Of a stretch of DNA of 55,043 nt, positions 19,196 to 29,136 are shown one piece after another. The stretch comes from an uncultured Bacilli bacterium. GTDB taxonomy: Bacteria > Bacillota_I > Bacilli_A > RF39 > UBA660. Below the pieces are notes generated by a model. The model was not told where the DNA came from. It did no database searches and was given only the letters and a program-made list of their open reading frames with translations. Made by a program: the position numbers and the translations under genes. Each line of letters starts with the position of its first letter. Position 1 is the stretch's first letter. Location of the stretch: contig CANRCE010000004.1 in the NCBI GenBank assembly GCA_947629035.1, forward strand, positions 1-55,043, given 5' to 3'.

Positions 19196-19723
19196 TTAAC
19201 TTAAAGCATTTGCTTTAGATGCAGTACTTAACGCAAAAGTAACTTTATCTGCTCCACCTACTTGAAATCTTCCACCAGTAGTTGCTACTAATAATACCTC
19301 TACAGAATCATCTGCTGTTACTTTAATTGATGAACAAGTTGAAGCTGTAGGATTCCCACTACCACTATATGCTGTTCCATCACTTTTTAAATCATTTGCA
19401 GATAATTTAGCAGATGTAAACAATGTTTTACCAGTGGTTGTTGTAACACCACTTAAACAATGCCATTCATGATCTTTTAAAGTTTCTGGAGCATCTCCCA
19501 CAACTTGTACGTATTCTGAACCACCAAAAGCAAGTTCATCTGAAGCTACACCATCAGTATACCAAGTTGCTATTTCTTTAGCTTGTGAATGCAATCCTGA
19601 TAATCTTGCATCATTTATTGAATCTAATACTGTAGGAATTGTTACTATCAAAATAATGGCTAAAATGACAATAATAGCTAGCAATTCAATTAACGTAAAA
19701 CCTTTTTCATTTAATTTTTTCAT
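19196..19723 (-). CDS. Type IV pilin (candidate major pilin)
   Basis: Class III signal 'KG|FTLIELL' with Glu5; Ser/Thr/Ala/Gly-rich head with two Cys; GAGGAGG RBS. Confidence 0.88.
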   Translation of the reverse strand: MKKLNEKGFTLIELLAIIVILAIILIVTIPTVLDSINDARLSGLHSQAKEIATWYTDGVASDELAFGGSEYVQVVGDAPETLKDHEWHCLSGVTTTTGKTLFTSAKLSANDLKSDGTAYSGSGNPTASTCSSIKVTADDSVEVLLVATTGGRFQVGGADKVTFALSTASKANALS

Positions 19724-19771
19724 TATTAAGTCCTCCTCTATTTCATATTAAATATATCATATTTTAAATTG

Positions 19772-20326
19772 TTAGTCAATTACTTTTTGGTAAATAAATA
19801 CATATTTATCTTTATATTTTTTATTTTTAATTAATTTTAAAAAATCATAATTATCATTTAATATATCATCTCTAAATTCTAAAATTAATTTCCCATTTAA
19901 AGATAATAAATCATTTTTAATTATTAAATTTATTATACTATCTATAATTTTATAATCATAAGGAGGATCTACAAATATTAAATCAAATTTTATTTTTTGA
20001 CTACTAAATAATGATAAAGCATCCTTATAATCCATATTTTTTATCATAACTTTATCATTTATTTTAAAATTATTAATAGTTTTAGTTAATTGTTTTATAA
20101 CCTCTTTATTATTATCAATAAAATAACAATATTTTGCCCCATTACTTATAGCTTCAATTCCTAAACTACCTGAACCCGAAAATAAATCTAGACAAATAGC
20201 ACCTTGTATATCATTTTGAATTGAAGAAAAAATTGATTCTTTTACTCTTGCCATTGTTGGTCTAGTTCCTTTTATATTGTATCCCTCGATAATTCTTCCC
20301 TTTAAAAAGCCACTAATTACACGCAT
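19772..20326 (-). CDS. rsmD: 16S rRNA m2G966 methyltransferase
   Basis: 'MRVISG', 'TRPT', 'DLFSGSGSLGIEA', 'DPPY'. Confidence 0.95.
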   Translation of the reverse strand: MRVISGFLKGRIIEGYNIKGTRPTMARVKESIFSSIQNDIQGAICLDLFSGSGSLGIEAISNGAKYCYFIDNNKEVIKQLTKTINNFKINDKVMIKNMDYKDALSLFSSQKIKFDLIFVDPPYDYKIIDSIINLIIKNDLLSLNGKLILEFRDDILNDNYDFLKLIKNKKYKDKYVFIYQKVID

Positions 20327-20338
20327 AATAACACCTAC

Positions 20339-20638
20339 TTACTTTTTACAATTTTTAGTAGCAATTATTTTTTTATATCTACTATTTATTTCTAAAACAA
20401 TATAATTTAATTTATTATAATTATCAATATAATTTTTATAATTTTCATCTTGATATAATTCTTTTTTTATTTCTATTAATTGCTTATCAGATATATCTTC
20501 ATTTTTAGCTTTATCTATTAAGGATATAAGTCTTGGACTTAACATTACTTTAAGTTTATATTTTTGAATATTTTTTATAATATCACTATTTTCTAAAACT
20601 GATATCAATTCATAAGTTTTTTTTATTATTTTATTCAT
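20339..20638 (-). CDS. ylbF: YlbF family regulator
   Basis: Short helical protein ending near a Cys; position between ylbDE and rsmD(ylbH) as in Bacillus; start at MNKII behind GGTGA. Confidence 0.55.
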   Translation of the reverse strand: MNKIIKKTYELISVLENSDIIKNIQKYKLKVMLSPRLISLIDKAKNEDISDKQLIEIKKELYQDENYKNYIDNYNKLNYIVLEINSRYKKIIATKNCKK

Positions 20639-20714
20639 AATATCACCATTTTTCACTTATCAGTATTAGTATATATTAATTTTAATTTAATATCAAGTTT
20701 TAAAAAAAAGAAAT

Positions 20715-21452
20715 CTATTTAGACTTCTTTTCTAATGCTCTTAATACCTCGATTGGCAAAGCAAAAATAATTGTATTAGATTGATCTGAAGATACATCAT
20801 TTATTGTTGATAATGTTCTTAAATGTAGAGCTCCCTCACTATTTGACATAATTGAAGCTGCTTTAGCAAGATTTTCGGCTGCTTCAACTTCACCGACAGA
20901 TTTAGTAATAACTGCTTGTTTTTCTCTTTCTGCTTCGGCAATTTTAGCTATTACTCTTTGCATCTCTTCTGGTAGAGCTACATCTTTTAATTCAACATTT
21001 TCAACTTTAATTCCCCATGGATCAGTAGCAGCATCAATAATTTTGCATATCTCCGTACTAATTTTTTCCCTTTCTGATAAAAGTTCATCTAAAGATACAG
21101 AACCTACAGCATTTCGCATAGTTGTTTGAGCAAGTTGACTTACAGCATAATAAAAGTTTTCTACTTCCAATATTGCTTTTGAAGCATCAAATACTTTATA
21201 GTAAATAACAGCATTTATTCTAATTGAAACATTATCTTTAGTAATTGCATCTTGTTCTGGAACATCAACTGCTTTTGTTCTAATATCGACTTTACGATAA
21301 GAATTTACAACTGGTAAAACGATATGCCAGCCTGGATTTAAAACTTTATCGAACTTACCAAAACGAAACAAAATGCCTCTTTCATATTGATCTATTTGTC
21401 TTATTGATGATAAAACAATAACAATTATAAGTATCAATAATACTACTAACAA
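20715..21452 (-). CDS. SPFH/stomatin (slipin) family protein
   Basis: 'YERGILFRFG', 'ITKDNV', 'AQTTMR', 'WGIKVENVELKD'. Confidence 0.92.
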   Translation of the reverse strand: MLVVLLILIIVIVLSSIRQIDQYERGILFRFGKFDKVLNPGWHIVLPVVNSYRKVDIRTKAVDVPEQDAITKDNVSIRINAVIYYKVFDASKAILEVENFYYAVSQLAQTTMRNAVGSVSLDELLSEREKISTEICKIIDAATDPWGIKVENVELKDVALPEEMQRVIAKIAEAEREKQAVITKSVGEVEAAENLAKAASIMSNSEGALHLRTLSTINDVSSDQSNTIIFALPIEVLRALEKKSK

Positions 21453-21509
21453 AATACATCATACCTCCTCATATCTTTATTATATAATATTTATTTTTGT
21501 TTGTAAATA

Positions 21510-21731
21510 TCATTTCAAAACATCAAGAAAGCTTTGTAACATCGTAATATTATTTAGTAGTTTATTTACTCTATCCATAGGTTTTAATTCATATTTATCT
21601 TTCATATCCATAATAAATTCCCTAAAACTTAAAGGATCTCTATTTAATATTTTATACCATTTAGGATTTTCTCTTATAAATTTTATATAATTTATATTAC
21701 TATTTAGTTTATATTGAATATCTAAAGTCAT
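21510..21731 (-). CDS. ylbE: YlbE-like protein
   Basis: 'FIRENPKWYKILNRDP'; downstream of ylbD. Confidence 0.85.
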   Translation of the reverse strand: MTLDIQYKLNSNINYIKFIRENPKWYKILNRDPLSFREFIMDMKDKYELKPMDRVNKLLNNITMLQSFLDVLK

Positions 21732-22087
21732 TAATCTTCAAAACTCCTATATAATGGTCTTGGTTGATAAGTACTTTGAGTATTATTATCAGAATTTACA
21801 AATAAATCTCCAAATAAACCTATAGCCTTTTGAAGTGAGGTTATTCCATCTTGAACTTTTTTTACATCCATATTTTTAGCCATTTCTAAAAAATCTTGAA
21901 TTGTCGTAGGTCCTTTTGCTTTTTCTTTAACTTCTTTTTTATCTTTATCTAAATAATCTTTCCAAGCTTCCTCATCTTCACCATATAAACTATATATTTC
22001 ATAAAATTTTTGCCATGTCATTTCATTATTTTTTACATAATTTATCAAAATAGGATTTTTTCTTACAAATTCTTTAAAGCTATCCAT
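21731..22087 (-). CDS. ylbD: Spore coat protein YlbD family
   Basis: 'FKEFVRKNP', 'TWQKFYEIYSLYGED..W'. Confidence 0.85.
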   Translation of the reverse strand: MDSFKEFVRKNPILINYVKNNEMTWQKFYEIYSLYGEDEEAWKDYLDKDKKEVKEKAKGPTTIQDFLEMAKNMDVKKVQDGITSLQKAIGLFGDLFVNSDNNTQSTYQPRPLYRSFED

Positions 22088-22099
22088 ATAACCACCTAG

Positions 22100-22246
22100 T
22101 TAATTATATGCTAAAAATTTAAAAAAAGTTATCATCATATCTTCATATTTTACTTTATAAACGATTACCATTATTAAAATAACAATCAAAAGAGCAAAGA
22201 TACCAATTATACCAATAATTCTACTTATACTAGTCTTTTTTTCCAT
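22100..22246 (-). CDS. Small single-pass membrane protein (not in ORF track)
   Basis: GAGGAG RBS; MEKKTSISRIIGIIGIFALLIVILIMVIVYKVKYEDMMITFFKFLAYN (48 aa); overlaps ATPase 3' end. Confidence 0.55.
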   Translation of the reverse strand: MEKKTSISRIIGIIGIFALLIVILIMVIVYKVKYEDMMITFFKFLAYN

Positions 22247-24534
22247 TTATTTCTCCTCATTAATTTTTCCATAATCTTATCGTAAATATCTTCAAAGAAT
22301 TCAATAATATATATATCCATAAACGCTAAAGATAATATTAAAAGAATAGCTAAAATATTAAATCTTGATACCAAAAATAAATCAGGCAATAAAATTAATA
22401 ATTCAAAAAATACAATTATACAAAAACATAATAATATTTCTCTTCTTAAATTAAGAGGCTTACAAATATTATATAATAATCTCATGTTGATAAGACCTGT
22501 TAAAGCCACTATAATTAATCTAAATTTTTCAAAATCTTTATGAAAAATTGTACAAATCATAATAAGTAAAAAGATATTTACAAATACACATATACCACTA
22601 GGTAAAGCATTTCTAAAAACTTTTATAATAAAGCCTGATGTTACTTTTTTATAATTAGGTTCTAATGCCAAGAAAAATGATGGAAGTCCAACACAAATAG
22701 AGCTTATTAAAGATAATTGAATTGGATAAAAAGGATATTCATGAGAAATAACAATTGATAAAATAGACAGAATAAAAGAATAAGTTGTTTTAACTAAATA
22801 TAAACTTGCTACTTTTTCTATATTATTAACTACTCTTCTTCCCTCATTTACAATACTTGGTAAAACACCAAAATCGGCAGTAGTCAAAACAACATCTGAT
22901 GCACTTCTTGCAGCGCTAATACCAGAAGCTAGAGCAATACCACAATCAGCTTCTTTTAAAGCTAAAATATCATTTACACCATCACCAATCATCGCTACTG
23001 TACTATTTTCTTTTAAAGCTTTTATAATGCTTTGTTTCTGATATGGCGTAACTCTTCCAAAAATAGTATAATCATTAACTATCTTTTTTAATTCTTCAAA
23101 ATCTTGAGGTAATGCTGTTCCTGATATATATTTATCATAGTTTTCAAAATCTAACTGTCTTAAAATACTTGATACCGTAAGAGGATCATCTCCAGATATT
23201 ATCTTAATATTAACTTCTTGTTCTTTAAAATAATTTAATGTATCTTTAGCATTTTTTCGAACATTATCTTTTATTGCGATAAAAGCTATTACTTTTATTT
23301 TATTAGTGCTTTCTTCTGCTAAAGTAAGAATACGATATCCTTTTTCCAAATAAGTTAATAAATAACTATCATATTTCGTTATTTTCTCTTTTGTTATGTA
23401 TTCTAATGCTCCAAGATAATAAGTTTTATTTTTAAAAACAACTTTACTATATTTTCTTGATGAAGAAAAAGGAATTCTTTCTACTACTTCATAATTATTC
23501 TTTTGTTTAAAGTGTTTTTTTAAAGCAATATCAGTAGCATTATTACTACTCTCATCTAACATGTTACCTATAATTTCTTCAATATCACTTTTTTTATCTA
23601 TAGCTATTACATCAACAACTTCCATTGTTCCATCAGTAATTGTTCCCGTTTTATCTAAACATAAAACATCAACACAAGATAAAACTTCTATACCATGAAG
23701 TTTTTGAATAACAACTTTTTTTCTTGCCATTTTAATTACTCCAACAGTTAAAGCTACTGAAGTTAGTAAAACTAACCCCTCCGGTATCATTCCAATAATA
23801 CCTGCAACTGTCGATAAAATTGCTTCACTATAAGTTTGATTACTATAAAAATATTGAGATATAAATAATAAGATACCAGTTGGTACAATTAAAAAAGTTA
23901 CAAATTTTAATATTTGATTAATTACTTTTTTTAAGTAGGAAGAATCATCTTTTATAACACTAGCTTCTTTTATAAGACTACTTGCATAATTATCTTTTCC
24001 AATGTTTGTTACTTTAGCATAACATTTACCACTTACAATGATTGATCCAGATAATAAACTATCATCTTTTTTCTTTAAAAGAGCATCAGATTCTCCAGTT
24101 ACAACAGACTCATCAACTTCACATGATGAAGACTTTACTATTACAGCATCTACGACTACATCATCACCACTATGTAATACCATAATATCATCTAAAACCA
24201 ACTCTTGTGGTTTAATTTCTTCTTCTTTTCCATCTCTAATTACAGTAACTAAATCTTGATTAGAAATAGCTAATTTATCTAGAATATGTTTGGCTTTTAT
24301 TTCTTGAATTATTGCAATAATAGTATTAAATAAAATAGTATTTACGAATAAAACATTTTGAATAGAACCTGTAGTTAATACTAATATTGCTAAAATAATA
24401 TTTAATAAATTAAATAAAGTTAAAAGATTAGATATAACAATTGTCTTAATACTTCTTGTATATTTAACTTTATCATTGTTTACAAGTCCATTATTATATC
24501 GATATTCTACTTCTTGTCTTGTTAATCCATTCAT
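22225..24534 (-). CDS. Cation-transporting P-type ATPase (CtpE-like)
   Basis: 'TGES', 'IPEGL', 'DKTGTIT', 'GDGVND'. Confidence 0.92.
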   Translation of the reverse strand: MNGLTRQEVEYRYNNGLVNNDKVKYTRSIKTIVISNLLTLFNLLNIILAILVLTTGSIQNVLFVNTILFNTIIAIIQEIKAKHILDKLAISNQDLVTVIRDGKEEEIKPQELVLDDIMVLHSGDDVVVDAVIVKSSSCEVDESVVTGESDALLKKKDDSLLSGSIIVSGKCYAKVTNIGKDNYASSLIKEASVIKDDSSYLKKVINQILKFVTFLIVPTGILLFISQYFYSNQTYSEAILSTVAGIIGMIPEGLVLLTSVALTVGVIKMARKKVVIQKLHGIEVLSCVDVLCLDKTGTITDGTMEVVDVIAIDKKSDIEEIIGNMLDESSNNATDIALKKHFKQKNNYEVVERIPFSSSRKYSKVVFKNKTYYLGALEYITKEKITKYDSYLLTYLEKGYRILTLAEESTNKIKVIAFIAIKDNVRKNAKDTLNYFKEQEVNIKIISGDDPLTVSSILRQLDFENYDKYISGTALPQDFEELKKIVNDYTIFGRVTPYQKQSIIKALKENSTVAMIGDGVNDILALKEADCGIALASGISAARSASDVVLTTADFGVLPSIVNEGRRVVNNIEKVASLYLVKTTYSFILSILSIVISHEYPFYPIQLSLISSICVGLPSFFLALEPNYKKVTSGFIIKVFRNALPSGICVFVNIFLLIMICTIFHKDFEKFRLIIVALTGLINMRLLYNICKPLNLRREILLCFCIIVFFELLILLPDLFLVSRFNILAILLILSLAFMDIYIIEFFEDIYDKIMEKLMRRNKWKKRLV

Positions 24535-24629
24535 AACTTCTTCCTTTCATTATCTTAAATATTAAAACTCATTCAATATCTATATTGTTAATATAAAAGC
24601 AATATGTACTAACATATTACTTTTATATT

Positions 24630-25808
24630 TTATCTATAGAAATATCCTCCATACATTGGTGGAAAATAAATCAAATTTCTTGGATTAAAGGAATAAGAGT
24701 TAAAATCATAAGCATTATGTCCAGAAGCTAATCCAAAGTGAAGATGAGCACCTCCTGTACAACGATCATAACTTTGAGTAGATCCTCCACCCATATGACC
24801 AATAATAGTTTGATCAGTTACTTTTTGACCTGCTTCAACCGTAATATTAAGCAAATGCATATAAACAGTCGTGTATTCAACACCATTGACAATATGATAT
24901 ATCCATACCATATTACCTCCACAAGTACTTGGATTAGCAGCAGTATGTCTAACTACTCTTGCTACTGTTCCAGCAGCTGCTGCATATACATTAGTTCCCT
25001 CTGGTACACAAGATAAGTCAATCGCATGATGTCCTCCTCCTCCAGACCAGTCAGTTCTCTCATTAAAGCCGGTATATTCACTTGTTACACATCCCGTAGT
25101 AAGAGGATACTTCCATCCATTTGCATATTGAATTGGTTCACAGCTACTTATATCTTGATTACGACCACAACCTAAATTTTCTAATCTTGTTATTTCTTTT
25201 TTTAAATCAGCAATATCTTGTTCAATTGTCGTTCCCTCTTGATTTAATTCACTTAAATTAGCTTTTAGTTTATTATTTTTAGCCGTTAATTCTTGTCGTT
25301 GACTTTCTAATTTTGTTTGCTTATCATTAAGTTCTATTTTTTTCTGTTTTAAATTTTTAATTAAAGTTTCTAACTCTTCGATTAATTCATTATTATAACC
25401 AGATAATTGAGTTACAATAGAATATCGATAAATAAAATCCGTATAATCTTCAGCTTCAAATAAATAATCTAAATAAACATTTTCTCCCGTTGATACCTGT
25501 AAAAATTTAAGTAATTCATCTGTTTCTTCTTTTTTTGAATCTATTTCTTTTTCACTTTTTTCAATATTATTTTGAGCTTCTGTTATTTCACCTTTTGTCG
25601 TTTCTATACTACTACCAATACTACTTATTTCTTTTTGTAATTTTGCTATTTCACTATCAGTAAGTTTTTTAGCATTTTTATTTTTTTCATATTCTGATTG
25701 CAAGTTGGACAATTTATCATATTTATCTTGTAAAGTTTCAGCTTTAATGCTATTAAATGGTACTAATAATAAAATTGTAAATATAAATATTTTTATTTTC
25801 TTCATCAA
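24630..25808 (-). CDS. Secreted coiled-coil + M23 peptidoglycan endopeptidase
   Basis: Signal peptide, PcsB/CwlO-like coiled coil, 'HHAID' (HxxxD) and 'HLH'. Confidence 0.88.
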   Translation of the reverse strand: MMKKIKIFIFTILLLVPFNSIKAETLQDKYDKLSNLQSEYEKNKNAKKLTDSEIAKLQKEISSIGSSIETTKGEITEAQNNIEKSEKEIDSKKEETDELLKFLQVSTGENVYLDYLFEAEDYTDFIYRYSIVTQLSGYNNELIEELETLIKNLKQKKIELNDKQTKLESQRQELTAKNNKLKANLSELNQEGTTIEQDIADLKKEITRLENLGCGRNQDISSCEPIQYANGWKYPLTTGCVTSEYTGFNERTDWSGGGGHHAIDLSCVPEGTNVYAAAAGTVARVVRHTAANPSTCGGNMVWIYHIVNGVEYTTVYMHLLNITVEAGQKVTDQTIIGHMGGGSTQSYDRCTGGAHLHFGLASGHNAYDFNSYSFNPRNLIYFPPMYGGYFYR

Positions 25809-25874
25809 CCATCTATCCTACCTTCCATAATATAATTATATATTAAGTTTTATAATTAGTCAAACAATAATTAA

Positions 25875-26834
25875 TTATTTACCTATTCTTTTAGTATTAC
25901 TAAAGTTTAATTTAGCTATATCATATAAAATATTTTTACCATGTTTTTCAATTAATTTTAAAGCCACATCTTCAACATAATAATTAGCCCCTTTTGGAAT
26001 AAACATACCATATTTTTGTCCCATTTTATCTATTTCTTTTATGAAGATGTATCTACTTATTAATGAAGAACAAGCAACAGCTAAACATTTATCTTCAGCT
26101 TTTGTCATAAAAGTAATATTTTCTACTTTATTTTCAATCGACTCTAAATGTTTAAAATAAGCTTTTTCACTTTCAAATTGATCGACAACAACATAATCAT
26201 ATTCAAAATTATTTTCATTAATTAAACTATATAAAGCCCTATTATGTAAAATAGCTTTTATTTTATTCATATTCATATTTGAACTATATTTTTCATTATA
26301 TTCACGATTACTTAAAATTATTGTTTTATATGGTATTACTTTAATTATTTTAGGTACAATTTTAAGTATCTGTTCATCAGATAACTTTTTAGAATCTTTA
26401 ACATTTAAATCAACTAAAAAAGGAATATTTTCGCGATTTACATAAGAAGCTGTAACTACAATAGGCCCAAAATAATCACCAGTTCCTACTTCATCACTTC
26501 CAATTGCATTTATATCTAAAGGTAGGCTTTCTTCTTGTTTTTCTTCTTGCTTACTTTCATAATTATCATCTAATTCTTTAAATTCTTCTAAAATATTGCT
26601 TCCTTTTTTAATCTCTTCCCACATACTAGCATCAATATCAGCACTCATACCTTGAAACATTGCTTTACCTGATTCATATAACGTAATTACAGTATCACCA
26701 TCCACAGCTTGAAAAATAGCATAAGGTGGTGTCTTTTCTCTAAATTTATCTTGATAAAATTCTTGCATTTTCGCTTTTGTTTCATCATCTACTTTAATAA
26801 CTTTTGTTTTGTTACTTGACACTATCATATACAC
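25875..26834 (-). CDS. rnhC: Ribonuclease HIII
   Basis: N-terminal 'ITLYESGKAMFQG' domain, 'GSDEVGTGDYFGP', 'DSKKL'. Confidence 0.93.
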   Translation of the reverse strand: MYMIVSSNKTKVIKVDDETKAKMQEFYQDKFREKTPPYAIFQAVDGDTVITLYESGKAMFQGMSADIDASMWEEIKKGSNILEEFKELDDNYESKQEEKQEESLPLDINAIGSDEVGTGDYFGPIVVTASYVNRENIPFLVDLNVKDSKKLSDEQILKIVPKIIKVIPYKTIILSNREYNEKYSSNMNMNKIKAILHNRALYSLINENNFEYDYVVVDQFESEKAYFKHLESIENKVENITFMTKAEDKCLAVACSSLISRYIFIKEIDKMGQKYGMFIPKGANYYVEDVALKLIEKHGKNILYDIAKLNFSNTKRIGK

Positions 26835-26974
26835 CTCAATAACATTTTAACATATTATCTTGCTTTTTAAAACTAGTTTATAAAAAATGATGACAAATTT
26901 ATGTCAAATATTTTTTAAATTTTTAATTTACTTCTAAAAAGATATTTGCTATAATTATAATAAGAGGTGGTTGG

Positions 26975-27892
26975 ATGAAAAAATTTATTTTAGGATTTGG
27001 TTTATTTATGATTGTTTTAATAAGCATTGCTAATTTCTTCAAAGATGACATTATTTATAGTTATAATGCCTATGTTATAAAAACCAAATATAGCAATACA
27101 ACTAAAAACGATTATTTTTTAGAGGATAATTTCTCCTACGTAGATAATTATAGTGATTTAAATATTAAATCTAAAATTGATTTAACTAATTATATATATT
27201 ATGCCTTAAATACAGGAACATCATATATTGAAAGATATGCTGATAAAAGTTATACTTCTTATATCGAAGAGTTAAATAATTTAACCGAAGGTGAAGGATT
27301 AAGCACTATTGTTTCTATTTTAAATGATTTTGTTCATCCCTTTAATAGCTCTAAAAATATTTATATAACCTATGGTAAAAATAATCCCATTAGTCTAGAA
27401 ATAACTAAAGTATATAGCGATGAAGAAATCGATGAAATTAACAAAGTCGTCGATAAAGTAATCGCTGAAAATATAAAAAGTAATATGACAGCTAGTGATA
27501 AAATTAAAGTTATTCATGATTATATTATTGATAATACTAAATATGATCAACTTAAATATAAAAATATCGAAGATGACACTTATAAATCTAATACAGCTTA
27601 CGGTGTTCTTCTTCAAGGTTATGGTACTTGTTCTGGTTATGCTGATGCCATGGCTATTTTCTTAAATCGACTAGGAATTGTTAATTTCAAAATTAGTAAT
27701 AAAGAACATATTTGGAATTTAGTTTATATCGACGGTAGCTGGAAACATTTAGATTTAACTTGGGATGATCCTATTAGCAAAACAAACCTTAATCGAAATT
27801 TATATTTTCTAATTGATTATGAAACTTTAACTAAATTAAATGATGGTATTCATTATTTTAATCAATATATTTATCCTGAAGGATTAAATTAA
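26975..27892 (+). CDS. Exported transglutaminase-like domain protein
   Basis: 'GTCSGYA', 'HIWNLV', 'DLTWDD' Cys-His-Asp triad. Confidence 0.85.
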   Translation: MKKFILGFGLFMIVLISIANFFKDDIIYSYNAYVIKTKYSNTTKNDYFLEDNFSYVDNYSDLNIKSKIDLTNYIYYALNTGTSYIERYADKSYTSYIEELNNLTEGEGLSTIVSILNDFVHPFNSSKNIYITYGKNNPISLEITKVYSDEEIDEINKVVDKVIAENIKSNMTASDKIKVIHDYIIDNTKYDQLKYKNIEDDTYKSNTAYGVLLQGYGTCSGYADAMAIFLNRLGIVNFKISNKEHIWNLVYIDGSWKHLDLTWDDPISKTNLNRNLYFLIDYETLTKLNDGIHYFNQYIYPEGLN

Positions 27893-27911
27893 AGACTTCG
27901 TTTGAAGTCTT
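27892..27911. terminator. Bidirectional terminator between convergent genes
   Basis: AAGACTTC/GAAGTCTT stem. Confidence 0.6.
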
Positions 27912-28536
27912 ATTTTTGTGCCTTTAACATATTTATTTTTACATTTAATTTAGAAAATTTTTCTTCATATTCAGTTGTTATATTTTCTATATTTTCATTA
28001 TGTAAATCATTAGTTTGATATATTATTTTATATCCATAATCTTTTAATGTATCAAGAGAAAAATTAAATAATAATAAATTATCTGTTTTCATTATAATAT
28101 TCTTTTTATCTTTAAAAATATTGTCATATTTTTCTAAAAATACTCTACTTGTTAATCTTCTTTTATAATGTCTATCCTTTGGCCAAGGATCAGAAAAATT
28201 TAAATATAATACATCTATTTCTTTATCAAAAACATAAGATATAAATCTAGCATCTAATCTTACTATCTTTAAATTATTTAATTCTAATTCATTTGATTTT
28301 TGAATAGCTCTTACAATGACAGAATCATACTTTTCAATACCAACATAATTAACATTAGGATTTAACATAGCTTTTTCAATTAAAAACTTACCCTTCCCCA
28401 TTCCTATTTCTAAATGTATTTCATTATTATTACCAAATAATTCATGCCATTTTCCTTTATATTCAAAAGGATTTTCTATATAGTATTTACCTTTTACTAT
28501 AATATCTTTAGCTCCTTTTATATTTTTAAGTCTCAT
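27910..28536 (-). CDS. trmB: tRNA (guanine-N7)-methyltransferase
   Basis: 'LEIGMGKG', 'NFSDPWPK.RH.KRRLT', 'KTDN', 'TEYE'. Confidence 0.96.
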   Translation of the reverse strand: MRLKNIKGAKDIIVKGKYYIENPFEYKGKWHELFGNNNEIHLEIGMGKGKFLIEKAMLNPNVNYVGIEKYDSVIVRAIQKSNELELNNLKIVRLDARFISYVFDKEIDVLYLNFSDPWPKDRHYKRRLTSRVFLEKYDNIFKDKKNIIMKTDNLLLFNFSLDTLKDYGYKIIYQTNDLHNENIENITTEYEEKFSKLNVKINMLKAQK

Positions 28537-28571
28537 AATGCCTCCTTTTTAGTATTATATCATAACTATAG

Positions 28572-28601
28572 GCACTTTAAATAAATAAATTGCATATAAT
28601 A
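28572..28601 (+). promoter_or_regulatory. SigK-type promoter
   Basis: GCAC, 17 bp, CATATAATA. Confidence 0.55.
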
Positions 28602-28633
28602 TAACAAATGATAAAGAAAGTGAGTTTGATATA

Positions 28634-28927
28634 ATGAGCGATAGAGATATGTATTATAATTCATATGGTTATGCCCAAGGACCTTATACCAATATGATGC
28701 CACCAATGATGCCACCAATGCCAGTTTTAAATAATCCAATGATGACAGGCAATAATGATTATAATAATAATTATAGTAATACCTATAATGAAATAAATAA
28801 TAAATTAAATAAATTAGAAAGACAAATAAAAAGATTAGAACAAAGAATAGCTAGATTAGAAGTTCCATATAACAATAATACTACAAATATTTATAATGAA
28901 CCCGATAATACAATGTATATGATATAA
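28634..28927 (+). CDS. Hypothetical probable spore/coat protein
   Basis: Tyr/Met/Pro/Asn-rich N-terminus plus coiled coil 'LNKLERQIKRLEQRIARLE'; SigK-like promoter. Confidence 0.7.
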   Translation: MSDRDMYYNSYGYAQGPYTNMMPPMMPPMPVLNNPMMTGNNDYNNNYSNTYNEINNKLNKLERQIKRLEQRIARLEVPYNNNTTNIYNEPDNTMYMI

Positions 28928-28929
28928 CA

Positions 28930-29105
28930 AACAAAAGCGACTTTTAAAAGTCGCTTACCCAATAATATAGGCTAAATTAATTTAAGGAGATTATAGTATT
29001 ACTATAAATATATCAACTTTAGTTTAAAACTTCAAACTAGGGATGATATCTATATAGCCTGTGATAGTCTTGAATACACTAAGTAATACTAATTTGTGTA
29101 TTCAC
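28930..29105 (-). ncRNA. Candidate structured small RNA (~175 nt)
   Basis: TATAAT at 29115-29110; four helices plus terminator; no ORF. Confidence 0.55.
28935..28956. terminator. Bidirectional terminator
   Basis: Perfect palindrome AAGCGACTTTT/AAAAGTCGCTT; U-rich tail on minus strand. Confidence 0.75.
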
Positions 29106-29136
29106 TTTTATTATAAGTATTTTTTTTATTTTAATA

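Noticed and set aside
20327-20338. Expected site of the CsfG sRNA (upstream of ylbH/rsmD in Bacillus)
   Set aside because: Gap is only 12 bp; ylbG and CsfG are not here
21453-21470. Out-of-frame ATGATG right after the SPFH gene RBS (possible frameshift)
   Set aside because: ATGs are too close to the SD; the in-frame TTG at about 11 nt explains the gene
24038-24259. 73-aa plus-strand ORF
   Set aside because: Antisense shadow of the P-type ATPase
24738-25016. 92-aa plus-strand ORF
   Set aside because: Antisense shadow of the M23 domain
27395-27616. 73-aa minus-strand ORF
   Set aside because: Antisense shadow of the transglutaminase-like gene
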